From the NCBI GenBank assembly GCA_964106645.2, contig OZ067046.1: DNA of 64,000 nucleotides; one strand, 5' to 3'. This DNA comes from Podarcis pityusensis. Taxonomy: Eukaryota. Below are positions 49,459 through 62,206 of this stretch, one piece after another (the first letter of the stretch is position 1; each line of letters starts with the position of its first letter). Under the pieces are notes generated by a model. The model was not told the origin of the DNA. It did not search any database and was given only the letters and a program-made list of their open reading frames with translations. The position numbers were made by a program, and so were the translations under genes.

Positions 49459-52199
49459 GTAAGTATATTATCTTGACTGAGACAGCTACATCATGGGTGT
49501 TCCTCCTTGCATGCTAATTCTTGAATGTTAAGCTGCTGAAAGACAGAGTATTTTGTGTAAGACAAATGGGAGAGATAGATAAGTACAGGCAACTAGAATA
49601 TCTGCTTCCTAGTTCCCATGCAAAACCCTCCAAAACATTATCTTTAATTTCTAACTGTGTGTGCATGGGAGATGGGGGTGGATAGGCTTTTTGCTTTCAT
49701 TTGGAATGGTTCTTTGCAAAAATAGAGGTGACAGTTTCTAGATCTTAGGCTCTGCAGCAGAACTGCTCAGTACTATTCCATAGTTCCCTTCAGCACAAAA
49801 TGCTTTTGAAGCAAAATCAGAGGCCTGCAGACCATAAATAAGTTCCACATTAACATACTTACAAGTGAACTGTTTAGTCAATGTAATTTATCCATAATAA
49901 GCAAAGAAAATTTCATTGTTAAACATTCTATAGATGAATCCCAGCTTTTTGCTGTGCATTTAGACAAACTAATTCAAGTGAGCAAAAGTAGGTTTCTAGC
50001 TAAAAAGCCTGAAACTCTAATCCTTAACTTGGTGATTCCCAAATTATAGGATGGGCCCCTACTTGGGTGTATGGTCACTCAAAGGTTCCTGGGATGTCTG
50101 TCATCCTGAAGCAGATAGAGCCTACCATTCCCTTTAGCAGGAATTGAATGCCTCCTGACAGCATAAATGCTGTCACGAAACAAATTGTCCAAACATAATT
50201 TTGGAGAGGAAGAGGGATCAAGAAAAAACTGCTGCTTTGCTGTTTTTGCTGCAGTTTTTTTTGTAAATGGTTTTAGGAGTCTGTCAGAGAAATCCTCTTC
50301 TGGTGACAAAGTTGGAAATTAGTCCCTCATTCACAGATCCTCTTGTACAACAACATACTATTTGTACATGACTGCATGCAAGGATCTCTCATGTTTGAAA
50401 GAGGTGGTTGGCCCTTTTAAGTATAAGTAGGTGAGAGTAGAAATCAGCAACGTGGGAAGCCAGGACAGAGTTCAGAAAGTTTTAGAATCTCTGACTCAGT
50501 TTATCTCTTTTGGATGATAGTTTAGTTCACAGAACATGGGTCTGACACTTCTGTATTGTTATCTGTGATGTATATATTGGCAATTTTCAAATAACCATTG
50601 CATGGCAACATGAAATAACCTTAGAAAGAATAGCTTTTTCAAAACGTGGAGGTAAGCTTTCCTTTTCTAGAATCAATTATAATTTGTTTCAAATAATTTT
50701 CCTTTTATTTATTTTATATAATTTTCCTTTTATTTAACTTACTCCAGCAGTACATTGCATAGAATGATGTTCAGTTTGAATATATTCAAATACCGATTTT
50801 TGTATTGCTCATTGAGCCTTGTAGGTTATATAGCATTAAACATTCAACAGGTCGCTTAGTAGATTAGTTTTAACCATTCACATGTGCCAGGCTATGTTAG
50901 AATTGCAGATCATGGATACAGAGCAAGTTGAAAACAGTAAAAAAGTGATTCATGGTTATAGTAGAAGCTAGTAACATTTTAAATATCTGCTTTCAGTTTG
51001 TATATGAACAAACAAAGCTCAAATGTATTCATTTTAACAACCCAAAGGAGATTTGAAACAATTGAAAGATGTTCCTGATTTATATATATTCTGTCTTGAG
51101 GTGTGTTAAACATATATTTGAAAGTTTTGCTATTTTCTTTAAGGTATGCTTTGGGTTGCAAATTGATATGTATGCTGAGGCTGCTTGTGGTTCTTTAAAT
51201 AGTCCATATTATATATGTCCCCTCATAAGTATATACCAAAGGCAAGTTATTTACTGATTGTACTGCTGCCTATAAATTTAGGTCTCTTGTCATCACTTAT
51301 GGGTTATCCTGGATGGATCTTTTTTTTGGTCCAATAGAACTGTTCTTAAGATATAAAACAGTATTCTGTATCACTGGGATTTCAGTTCTTAATAGTTTCT
51401 TTCCTCTATGAGCAGTGGAGAAAGAAATATTACATAGTAGTGGTTCTTGCTGTGAGATAGGTCACCTTAGGGAGATGTGGATAATTTCTGGAATGGATGC
51501 AATTTATTTCCTACAACTTCCTCTCAGTATGCCTTGATGAGGTTTGGAACAAAGTGCTAACCTTTGCAATCTACTATAATATTGGAAGATTCTGTGCATT
51601 ATCCTTCCTGTTGGTTATCAGAATTAAGGAAGACTGTTCCACTTTTTCTGGTTTTGCTTTATTCTACTTTCCTTGACATCTCTCCTTCCAGTGACCTTGA
51701 AATATATTATGGGTCTGTATGGTTCCATTTGTTCAGTCTTTTTTACTTTGGTTTATCTGAGATTCAAAATATCAACAATTTGGTTTCATTAAGTTCAGGA
51801 AGATTTCTTCAAGACTGGGATTGGCTCATCCTGAATACTTTGCATTATTGTGCTTATTTAGGCTATAATTTTCTAAACCAGGTTATTCATTTGCTCTATT
51901 CTGTACATTACACTATAATTGCAAAGCACTTATTTTACTTATTTGAAAACTATATGTAATGTAATCCTGTTGGTGGTAATGTAGCTCCCTGAAATTCCTA
52001 ATGGTTGCTCAGTAGTGAGTGCTTTTTTAAATACAAATGTTCCTTTTAAATGGGGTACAGTGTGGCATTTTCTATTGTATAATTTACACAGAATGACAAT
52101 AGGATATAATTAGTGCTATAGCTACATTTTGAGAGACTGTCTCCAGCTACTTCAGTCAATGAGATTTCTTGTTACAAAAGGAAATCGCAATGTACTTTT

Positions 52200-54320
52200 T
52201 TAAAAAAAATGACATTTATTAGAAAAAGATTTTTTTTTAAAGTTACAAAAGAAAACAAAGTAGAAAAAGAGAAAAACAAACCACTTCCAACAATACAAAT
52301 ACAAATTCAAAATAAGAAAGAACAAACAAAAAAAACCAAAAAGACAAAAATACACCACAAACATTTAAAAGCATTTAAAAACAAATCCATTATTCTCAAA
52401 TCCTCAACTGTCATAACCTTCTTTCTTTGACCTCCTCCTCCTCCCTTTTTTTGTATCCTAGTTATTAATTGTCACAGCAAATCCTTTCCATATTTCATAA
52501 TATTCTGTCATAACATTACCTTAAACTATTTTGATCTTATCTTACTATAAAAAAACCTTGAAGCTTAAAACTTAAGTCTTATCTTTACCAACTTCTCATC
52601 ACCATAATATTCTTTCATAATTCTTTAAACATTTTTACTAAAGCCGAGTAATTTCATTCCAACGTTTTTCTAACATTCATCAATTTTATAAACCAGTCCT
52701 AGTAGTAAAAAAAGAAATAAAAAGAAATCCAATCTTCATCCAGCGTCCCTTCCTCCTGGTCCCGGGTTTAGTCAGTCCTTATTATCCCGTCGATCTAGCG
52801 CATTAACCTGGTAACCTTATATCCGAGGCCCTTAAGTCTCTTCCATGTCCCTTCCGCAGTTCTTCTTCATATTTGTAACTGTATTTTCCCTTGTCTCCTG
52901 TTCGTGGGAACTCCAGCTTAACAATATTTTTGACCCTTCTCGACAGATCAGCCCCTTTTCCATAATCGACACTAAATTCCATGTAGTTTTTAAAAACATG
53001 TTTCAAAAACCCTCCAAAATTAAGAGCCCCCACAATCCCAAACATCTCACGGCCCATTGCCAGACTTGAAAAGTCCAAACATCCCTGCATAGGGGGGGCA
53101 ATCCAGCCCCCCATTTCCAAGCCAAACCAAACTTTTTCTTTCCAAATCTGGCTTTTTCCAAGTTCATTTGTCAAATCCGAAAGCTCGTATTCCTGTTGGG
53201 CCTGTTCTGTCAAGGCACACTCCTGATTTAATTCCTGGGTGGGCTCCACATATTTTCCCACTGTCTGTTCAAAGTTTCCCACTGCCTGTTCAAAATTTCT
53301 AATCGAATTCACCATCAAATTCGTCTTCTCATGTAGCTGTTCCAGTAGGGCATTTGTTTTATAGAAAGCACACAACAGAGCTTCTGAATACATTGTCCTG
53401 CAAGGTCAGATGTCTATTTCCCACAATTGTAATCTGTAACAGCTGCCAGCTCCCTGGAATTAGTTACAGTTTCACAGTCTCCCTCAAGAGGGAGAACTTC
53501 TATTTGTTCTTGCAACAAAGTTTTCCTTTTTGAGATATTTTGTCAATATTTGTTCCTTTAAACTGCGAAAGGAAACAGTGGAATCACTATGTTTCTCTTC
53601 TTTTAGCTATCTGTCAAAAACGTTTGTCTCTGGTCAATGAGCTTCAAACGTCAGTCCTGACACCCCGCTCCAGGATCAGGACGGTGGAAAGTTACTTTAC
53701 TTTAAACTCACTTCTGCAGGTTTAAACAGTCCGAAAAAGATCCCCCTTCTTCTCCTGCTGCCGAAGGGGGGTTCCACAATTTTAAATGATGAAAGCCAAT
53801 CCTTTAGAGGCGATTTTCTGAGCTCTAGTTTACATTGTCTTTGCTTTATTCTGTCTACAAAGAAACGGAAGGCTGACTTCCTGTTTAGACCTTCCCGTTT
53901 CAGTACCAAATTGAAATAAATTTTGAAGTCCAATTCCTTTCTGCTCGCAAGTCCTTATTTAAAGTCCAGTTGTTCAAAGTTTAAGTACTCACGGGTGCTT
54001 ATTTTAGAATCCAAATTGTCCCAGGAAAAAGGCAGCGCTCTCCGGCAACGGCTATGCGGCTTCGCTCCACGGAAATAGCAGTTGACTCACAGCACCGCGC
54101 CACTTCCCCCTCTTCACTTCGGAGCCCGTTAGTGGGTTCCTTTGCAGGTTGGGGGGGGCGCTAAGGGTGCCCGCCGAGTTCCATGGTCACAGGCTTCATC
54201 CGCCTGTGATTTTTAAAAGGGTCCCCGCTTCGCCGTAGCGGAAAAGACCCGTTTCGCGCGGAGCTAGTCCCTCCAGTTCAGAGGGAATCCGCCATTGCCG
54301 ATGGCGCCACCCCGGAAGTC
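52200..54320 (-). mobile_element. Full-length 2.1-kb non-autonomous L1-dependent retroposon (HAL1-like)
   Basis: 5' end GACTTCCGGGGTGGCGCCAT with a CpG-rich leader; one main ORF; AATAAA and A-tail; ~21-bp TSD aggaaatc(g/c)caatgtactttt at 52179-52199 and 54321-54341; no RT motifs. Confidence 0.8.
52803..53393 (-). CDS. 196-aa ORF of the retroposon; N-terminal coiled coil, possibly ORF1p-derived
   Basis: Open ATG-to-stop frame with heptad-like repeat IRNFEQAVGNFEQTVGKY. ORF1 homology is inferred, not shown. Confidence 0.5.
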   Translation of the reverse strand: MYSEALLCAFYKTNALLEQLHEKTNLMVNSIRNFEQAVGNFEQTVGKYVEPTQELNQECALTEQAQQEYELSDLTNELGKSQIWKEKVWFGLEMGGWIAPPMQGCLDFSSLAMGREMFGIVGALNFGGFLKHVFKNYMEFSVDYGKGADLSRRVKNIVKLEFPRTGDKGKYSYKYEEELRKGHGRDLRASDIRLPG

Positions 54321-54967
54321 AGGAAATCCCAATGTACTTTTGGATTTTTATGATATCCCTTCTATGAGTATGTATGCTTGAATGTATACACTCAGAACAC
54401 TGCTTCATCTCACTGTTGTTGTTTTTAAAGGCTTGCTTAGCTGGCAGAATGGTGTTGCAATGCTGGCTAGGGTTTGATTGTAGCTGCACTTTTTTCTTTC
54501 ACTAACAACAATGAAGTGACATTCATACGGCCTAGATTCAGGATGCTGTGTCTCTGCCAACAGTTTGAAGCATTCTTTTTACATTGAGTCAGGAACATTC
54601 TGTTAAACCAGCTGTGTAGTGAGAATATTTAGCAGATAAGCTATCCCCATACTTCATTCATAACCTCAGCAAAGGATGGTATTTTACTAGTTTGTTTTCA
54701 CTAGTGTACTAGCAAATGTCACATTTAACTTTTACAAATGGGCAACTTTGATAGATTCTGCTTTTTGGTATGTATATTTCAATCTTTGATGTAGTTTATA
54801 ATTTTTCTCTCCTTCCCCCTTATATTCAGTAGCACTTCTAAAACGTGAAGTGCTTCAAAACTCTTCACATCAAATCTGTGAAGTAACTTAGACTGGAGGA
54901 GTGTGACCTCTCCAAGGGTATTTACTCAGTTTTATAACTAAGCAAGTACAGTAGTTTAAATGTGCTT

Positions 54968-55355
54968 AATAATAACAATAACAATAACAATAACAATAAT
55001 TTTATTATTTATACTCCACCCATCTGGCTGAGTTTCCCCAGCCACTCTGGACAGCTTCCAGTTCATATAAAACATCAGACATTAAAAACTACCCAATACA
55101 GGCCTGCTGTCAAATGTTGTCTAAAAGTTATATAGTTCATCTCCTTGACATCTGATGCGAGGGCATTCCACAGGGTGCCACTGCCAAGAAGGCCCTCTGC
55201 CTGGTTCCCAGTAACTTCACTTCTTGTAGTGAAGGAACTGCCAAAAGGCCCTCAGAGGAGGACCTCAGTGTCCGGGCTGAATGATGGGGGTGGAGATTGT
55301 CCTTCAGGTATACAGGGCCGAGGCCATTTAGGGCTTTAAAGGTCGGCACCAACAC
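54968..55355 (-). mobile_element. L2 3' fragment
   Basis: LVPTFKALNGLGPVYLKD...RTLRSS...RAF on the minus strand, with a simple-repeat tail. Confidence 0.85.
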
Positions 55356-57338
55356 TAGTTAGCAGGGATGTGTGGATAAGCATGACGGAAAGTATGAAGT
55401 ATGATATTTCATACCAGTACTTTCTGCCATCTTCATTGTCTCCCAGGCTTTCCAGGCCAAATTCAAAGTGCTGCTTTTGACCTTTAAAACCCTTCACAGC
55501 TTAGGACCAGGTATCTGAAGGATTACCCGTTCTAGTTCAAAAGCCAGTGTGTGTGTGTGGGGGGGGACATCATATGGTAAAAGAATTGTGGAATTATTTA
55601 TATAATTCCAGAGAAAGAAGTTTTTTATCAAGTGGTACCAATTTCAGCCATGTACCTTATGATGTAATTAATGGCTCCTGTTACCCCTTTTTGGTGCTGT
55701 CTGAAAGGGGGCTCACCCCAAGTGTAGTGGTTCTTAGCATTAGTCATTCACAACAATATAATTATGATAAAATGCCAGTTATAGATGCAAATTACTTGAC
55801 TATAGTTCTTCCTAAGTTGTGTTCAGTAGTATTATGTATACCTATCTCCTACTCAATATGCTTCCCCACCTTGGGCCACTGTTCTTGTAACTTGCGCTTG
55901 ATGTGAACTTGATAACTCAATTATTTTGAGCATTTTTACTCATAAGACAAATAAGTCAATTATATTGGAGAGTTGGTGCAACGGGTACTGCTGCTGGTAA
56001 ATCTGTTGATATAAATATTGATATAAAGAACATCACAGTGAGTGATATCTAACATTTGTCGTACTTAGTGTATGGGTCTACTCTGAATATGGCTAATGTT
56101 TGATCCTACCCAAGGTTTTGGGACTTGCAGCTTTAATGTGTTTTTGAGACATTAGTCTTTAATGTTTCCAGACAAACAATGAATAACCATGAATAAAAAG
56201 GTACTCTGCTTTTCTGTGTATAACGTGGCTTTATTATACTATGTGAGTAACATGGAATGCAAAGATGCAAAACTACCAGTTGAGGCTGTCCAACAGTTGG
56301 AATGTTCATGGTCATTCTCTGCTTATCATTCCAACTCAACTGAGTTGTGTCAGAGGTTACACTGCCAAAAGTGCAATGGCCTGTAGGTCCCTGTCATTTG
56401 CCTGTCATTCTCTCTGGACTCATCTACGTTTGTAGAGAAAAAGAGCTTTATATGTGTTATAATACTGTGACACCAGATGACGTCGTGATTTTCCTTTATA
56501 AAGTTTACAACGTGTTTAACTGAAACACTTTTTCGATGTGTCTAGATCCAGCCTCTGTCTTAGCTTTCCACAACAGTATACCTATTGATTTGCTCTGTAA
56601 GTAGAAGAAACAGCTCTACGCTACTTTTAAAGCTGGTTTATTTTTAAATGTGTGTTGTGCATCACCAAAGGTCCTATTCCATGCAAATGTCTGATTTAAT
56701 CTGCCTCTTTCTAAGCAGACTTTACAATTTCATGCTGCACTTCGAAGCCAAATGTAGCTGTGCACATCGCTATATAAAATATATGCACATACTCCTTAGG
56801 TGTGGCCTTGGTACAAATTTCTCTGTACATTAAAGGAAGATAATGTTTTCATTTTTTGTTTCTTTTAGTATACTGATATTTTATTATTAAATTTGACCAC
56901 GTGTTCTTTCTTGCCTGAAATGAGCTGTAACCTATGGCATGGATTCTAAGGCATTTATCTAGTTCTGTACCATTTGCCGGTAGCTGACCTTGGTAGCAAA
57001 TCTCATTTTCTCTAAGTTCTGTCAGTTTGTGTCATTGGCTATCTCCCAGTCCCTGCCCCTTAGATCAGCTCTGCAAGCTACTGTTGACTCCTTTGAAGCG
57101 CATCGGCAGTCACTGGAGCAGATTATGGGATAGTTTCAGTATCTGAAAGACAGATGATTACTGTCAATGCTAAAGATAATTTACTTCCAAGGGGAAAGAT
57201 GTTGGATATTGTTATGTTGAATAGATATTACAGAAAGAATCAGACATTTTCTTAGTTTTTCCTCTTTCTTTGAAGTGTTGAAGCTGATAAACTTTTTTTT
57301 AAGGGTCTGGATAAACAGTGAATATTCTACAGTCCAGA

Positions 57339-57711
57339 GGGATACGAGTGGCGCTGTGGTCTAAACCACTGTGCCTCTTGGGATTGCTGATTGGAAGGTT
57401 GGCGGTTCGAATCCGCACAATACGATGAACTCCCGTTGCTCTGCCACAGCTGCTGCCAACCTAGCAGTTCAAAAGCATACTAGTGCAGGTAGATAAATAG
57501 GTACCGCTGCAGTGGGAAGGTAAATGGTGTTTCCATGTGCTCTGCCTTCTGTTTCGCCAGAAGCGGTTTAGTCATGCTGGCCACATGACCCAGAAAGCTG
57601 TCTATGGACAATCGCTGGCTCCCTCGGCCTGAAGTGAAATGAGTGCCGCACCCCATAATTGCCTCTGACTAGACTTAACTGTCCAGGGGTCATTTACCTT
57701 TACCTTTACCT
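57339..57711 (+). mobile_element. Full-length Sauria SINE
   Basis: GGGA..GTGGCGCTGTGGTCTAAACC head, GGTTCGAATCC B-box and (ACCTTT)n tail. Confidence 0.92.
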
Positions 57712-57886
57712 TATTCTGCAACCTGCTTTCTTAACACTGAACAGGCACAATCTATCAATGTGTATATCTGGAATTAGAGTAATGTTCTTTAAATGTCTGG
57801 GATTTTGATCCTGTAATGTACCATATATTGGATACTGCACAGGTGAACATGTAGAAATTCTTGCATGGTTTGAAGTTAGCGTGTTT

Positions 57887-58260
57887 TGACCAGAGAAGAA
57901 TTGCAAATCAAGTTGATGGATGATGCCGAAATGACAAAATTAACTGGGAAGCTCAGGAATCAAGAAGACAAGATTTTTAAAAAAGAATGGGAAAGGTTTA
58001 TAATGTATATACAAGATTATTGTAAGCATATTAAAACATTGACAGGATTTTAAACACACTTGTAATGTAACAGTACGTATGGATAACTTAGAAAGATAAA
58101 AAAATTGGAGTAGTGATATGAAGTTGAAAATAGGATTAATAGGGCCCATGGAAGGGATGGGGGGAGGTCAGGAGATTCAGAGCAATCTTGACATTTAGAT
58201 TTGGAATTGGTTTCGTTGTATGTTCATATTTTTGAAAATCAAATAAAAAATTATAAAATA
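57887..58260 (+). mobile_element. 5'-truncated L1 3' end
   Basis: AEMTKLTGKLRNQEDKIFKKEWERFIMY...* (ORF2 C-terminus), 3'UTR and AATAAA/A-tail; 16-bp TSD tgaagttagc(g/t)tgttt. Confidence 0.85.
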
Positions 58261-58537
58261 TGAAGTTAGCTTGTTTAACAACTAACTCTTATTTCTTATA
58301 TGTTGGAAATTTTGGATCACACATAACACTAAGCCAGCATTCTTTGAAACTGAAAGGAAACTTGTCAGAGCCCTCCTCTCTGGCTGCATAAGGAAAAGGG
58401 AAGTGCATGAGCCTGACAGTACACTTGGCATACTGAGGCTCATCTACAAAGCATGGTTTAGTATTATGTGCAAACCAGCCCTTTGTATAGGTGGTTGTTT
58501 TTTCCAGGGTTGCTGATCAGATTGATTGAATTGAAAG

Positions 58538-59238
58538 TGTTGTAAACAAAAATTGCCCTTTTCCCTTATGGGGTATCCAAGAGCCCATATAGAGTCCTTA
58601 CATAGGTTCCCTATTGGTAGGAGAGAATAACAGAGGCCAACCAGAGAATATTGAGAAGCAAAGCAGCTAGTAAGCTTGATCTTTATTGATCTGTTGCAAC
58701 AGGGTGCTCCCCTCACTCGCAGGAGAGAGGAGGGACCCAGAAAAATGGCATGCAAGGCCTTATAAAGACTTTTGAAATTCCTATCCTGTAGATCAAGACC
58801 ACCCCCAGAAACATCATACATACATCACAGAAGGGGTGTAACCTAAGACCACCCCTCAGATACATCACACCTACATCACAGAAAAGGCGGTCTAAAACAG
58901 AAATTTGAATATTGTTTTTCTCCTGTTGTTGTTTATCTCCTGTCTGGCAGGTTACTTGATCGGATTGCCTGGGGAGCCCGGCCATTCTTTTGTAGTGATA
59001 AATACTTAGTTCCTGGGCCAGGTCACAGGCTCACACCCTATTCATATCTTAAATGTGTCCTTAAGACAGGATTTGTGAGGAAAGAGACAATGAGGAGGTT
59101 TCCCACTTTGACCTCGCAGAGAAAACATTTGGTTAGTTTAGGAATCAAAATGGTTCCAAGTTGGTCTTCCTGTGCTGATCTATGTACGTGTGGTTATGAA
59201 CATTACCATATATCTAAGACCTCAAAATTCCTATCACA
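58538..59238 (-). mobile_element. ERV solo LTR (class I-like)
   Basis: Minus strand TGTGATAGG...TTTACAACA; 4-bp TSD aaag; TATA-like box, AATAAA and internal direct repeat. Confidence 0.75.
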
Positions 59239-61784
59239 AAAGGCATGTTATAGAGTGCACCAGTTTATACAGGGCTAAACTATAGTCTCTACAGTACTTT
59301 TGAATGTGAAGAAACCTCTTGTTTCAGTTTTGCACTGAAGTGGCTGGAAACATTCTTCTTATGTTGGGCCTTGAGATATCTGATATAGTTTTAATTACAA
59401 AGACTGAATATAATTACAGTGAGGAAATAGCATTAGATCATGAGGTTTTACTTTATTTACAAAGCCCCAAAATGGTTACAAAGAATGAAATGGCCAGTTG
59501 GTGGAAAATACAGCAAAAGGCACGATTCTCCTAAAGAGCCCAATCAACGGAAACCCTTCGCAGGGGCTTCTGGTTTGCTCAGTGGAGCTCCTTCCCCTCC
59601 TCCCCTATTCATTTTTTGTTAAACTGGCCAATGACAATTTCCTAAATTTAAACTGTCCTAAAATTAAACTGTCCAAATAGTTATGCTATCATACACAATG
59701 TGGTTAATCCTCCACTACTGTTACTGCAAATAACAATCTTAAATTGAATATGATTTTTTTTAAATCAACCAATTAAAAATTCAGAAGTACATGTACCTCT
59801 GAGAATATATAGGAAGGTTTTAGAAATAGTAAGATTTTGGCATGTAGTACCATGGTCTGGTGAAGTATGTTGAAAAGTTTTAAGACTAACCAATGCTTTT
59901 CATTGGAGAGTAAAATGCTAGATCAGAATACTTCCTGACTGTTCAGGGTTGAGTAACTGAAGTACCATAATGTGAGGAGATAGGTTTTACTTTATGTCTG
60001 CTAGATTTTAATGATTAATATAATTCAGTTGTGAAATGGCTCAAATTAAAAATGTAGGTACTTTGCCAGCTTCTGTGTAATCCTCTGATAAGATTTGCAT
60101 GACCCACTGATTGGTCCTGCCCTACTGCTTGAAGGAACACTCCTGTAGTACTAATCTGTAAATGCAAAGTAAATAAGAGCCATGAGTTAATACCATCTGG
60201 AATGACACTATTTTGTTGAAAAGTCCCATGCTGATAGCACTCACAGCTGGCATGGAGATGTTACACATGATAGTTTGAAATTACGGTATATAGAGACCAT
60301 GGACCATGTTTTAGCCCTCACCACATGGAAGCATTTTCTAGCAGCAAACATGTTGGCTTTGTTATAATATATGAAGTTAACCTAATAAATTCATTTTTGT
60401 AGTTAAAAATGCTTTAGCCAGCTCTAAGGTACTGATTTTATTTTAGTTGAGTTAATTAAATCCTGTGTCCATCATGAAACTTAAGAAGTTGTACACAGAA
60501 TTCCTAGGTAGTTCTCTAGGCACTAACTAGACTCAAGCCTACGTCGCTTCAACAGGTACATGCATCATGTGACCTCAGACAACTCTTTGGGACTTCAGGT
60601 TTTTCCCCTTGGCTGTTTAAATATTGAAATTCAATTTCTGAATAAAGCAATTGTATTAGAATAAATAGCCCACCTGCTATTTTGCTGCTACTTTGCTGCT
60701 AAGCAGATTTTACTCGGAGGGTGAGACTGTTTTCTCCTGGTAGCATGCTGGAAAAGCTTCCTTCTTCATGAGCCCCGCCTCATCATATTAAGGAAGAATA
60801 AAGTTGTTAAATTTTATGAACAGAATACATTCTTGGAAATGACTGCATGTTTGAATATATATAATAAATGACAGATACATCTACAAGAGGAGGGGACACA
60901 ATCACTATAGAGCGTGAGAAGCCAAGGTGCTGATATCTAAGTGTCATTGCATAACTTGCTTCCAGCAACTCAGTCCAGCAAGGTTGTGATAAGTAAGGAA
61001 TGATGGGAATCTTATAGTTTAGCAGCATGCAGAGGGAACTATGTTGGCTAGCCCTCATTTAGAACAATGTTTAGCAAGAAGAAATCGCAATCAAAATCCT
61101 CATGATTACATATTTTTACATGGCTGTTTATTTGGGGGAGAGACTGTCATAGGAAAAGTAATAGGAAATACTGTAGAAAGTAACATACACATCCCAAACA
61201 TAATAGAAGGCAAGAGGAGATGCGAAAAGGAAATAAAATTTATATTAACTGGAAACAAAACTTAATGCACATTGAGAGGAACAGAATTCTGTTCATGGGG
61301 CAGCAGAGAAAAAGCCAAGAGAGAGCATAAGGGAATAGAGTTTGAACAGATTGGTATGTGTTGTGTACTAGATCAAGGCTTCCACTTCTGTGTGCATTGG
61401 TGTTTTTAAGGACACAAAGCTGTAATTTGCATGCATACCTGCACCAAACAATTGCTGCTTGAGTTGTGCTGCTGCTCTTGTGTAGTTTTCCTGTGGTTAT
61501 GCATTTGTGGGGATACCCTGGCTTATAGGCCAGTTCAGGCAAAGAGGAGATGGGCAGTGGAACAAGTAGGGAAATGTAACCAAAACGAGGCAATATCAAG
61601 TTCTCTAGAGCAAAGATTGTACATAACCCATGACAGTTTAATGAATAACAAACTCTGTCCCTCCCTCCTTGGTTCTTGTGTACTATAAAGATTTGATCTT
61701 TGATAAGCAAATGCTACGTAATGCAATTATGACCTTTACTGTTGACAGTAATAGCTAAAGTTACGGGATTACCTGTGTAGTATA

Positions 61785-61994
61785 TAGTGGTACCTCGGGT
61801 TAAGAACTTAATTCGTTCTGGAGGTCTGCTCTTAACCTGAAACTGTTCTTAACCTGAAGCACCACTTTAGCTAATGGGGCCTCCTGCTGCCGCCACGCTG
61901 CTGCTGCACGATTTCTGTTCTCATCCTGAAGCAAAGTTCTTAACCCAAGGTACTATTTCTGGGTTAGCAGAGTCTGTAACTCAAGGTACCACTG
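61785..61994 (-). mobile_element. Tigger-like MITE, family A (opposite orientation)
   Basis: TIRs with TA TSD. Confidence 0.9.
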
Positions 61995-62071
61995 TATGTG
62001 AACTCAGTGAAGTGAAAATGTACAGAGAGGCAATTATTAGGGACAAACCGCATTTTCCTCATGGACCAACA

Positions 62072-62206
62072 TGCTTCATGGAATCATACAGTTGGAAGGG
62101 ACCCTGAGCATCATCAAGTCCAATGCAGGAATATGCAGCTGCCCTTTAGGGGATCAAACCTGTGATCTTGGCATTATCAGCACCATGCTCCAGCTGAGCT
62201 ATCCCA
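62072..62206 (-). mobile_element. tRNA-Ile-like head plus CR1-tail SINE
   Basis: Minus strand gggatagctcagctggagcatggtgctgataatgccaag..., ending ggtcccttccaactgtatgattc. Confidence 0.7.
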
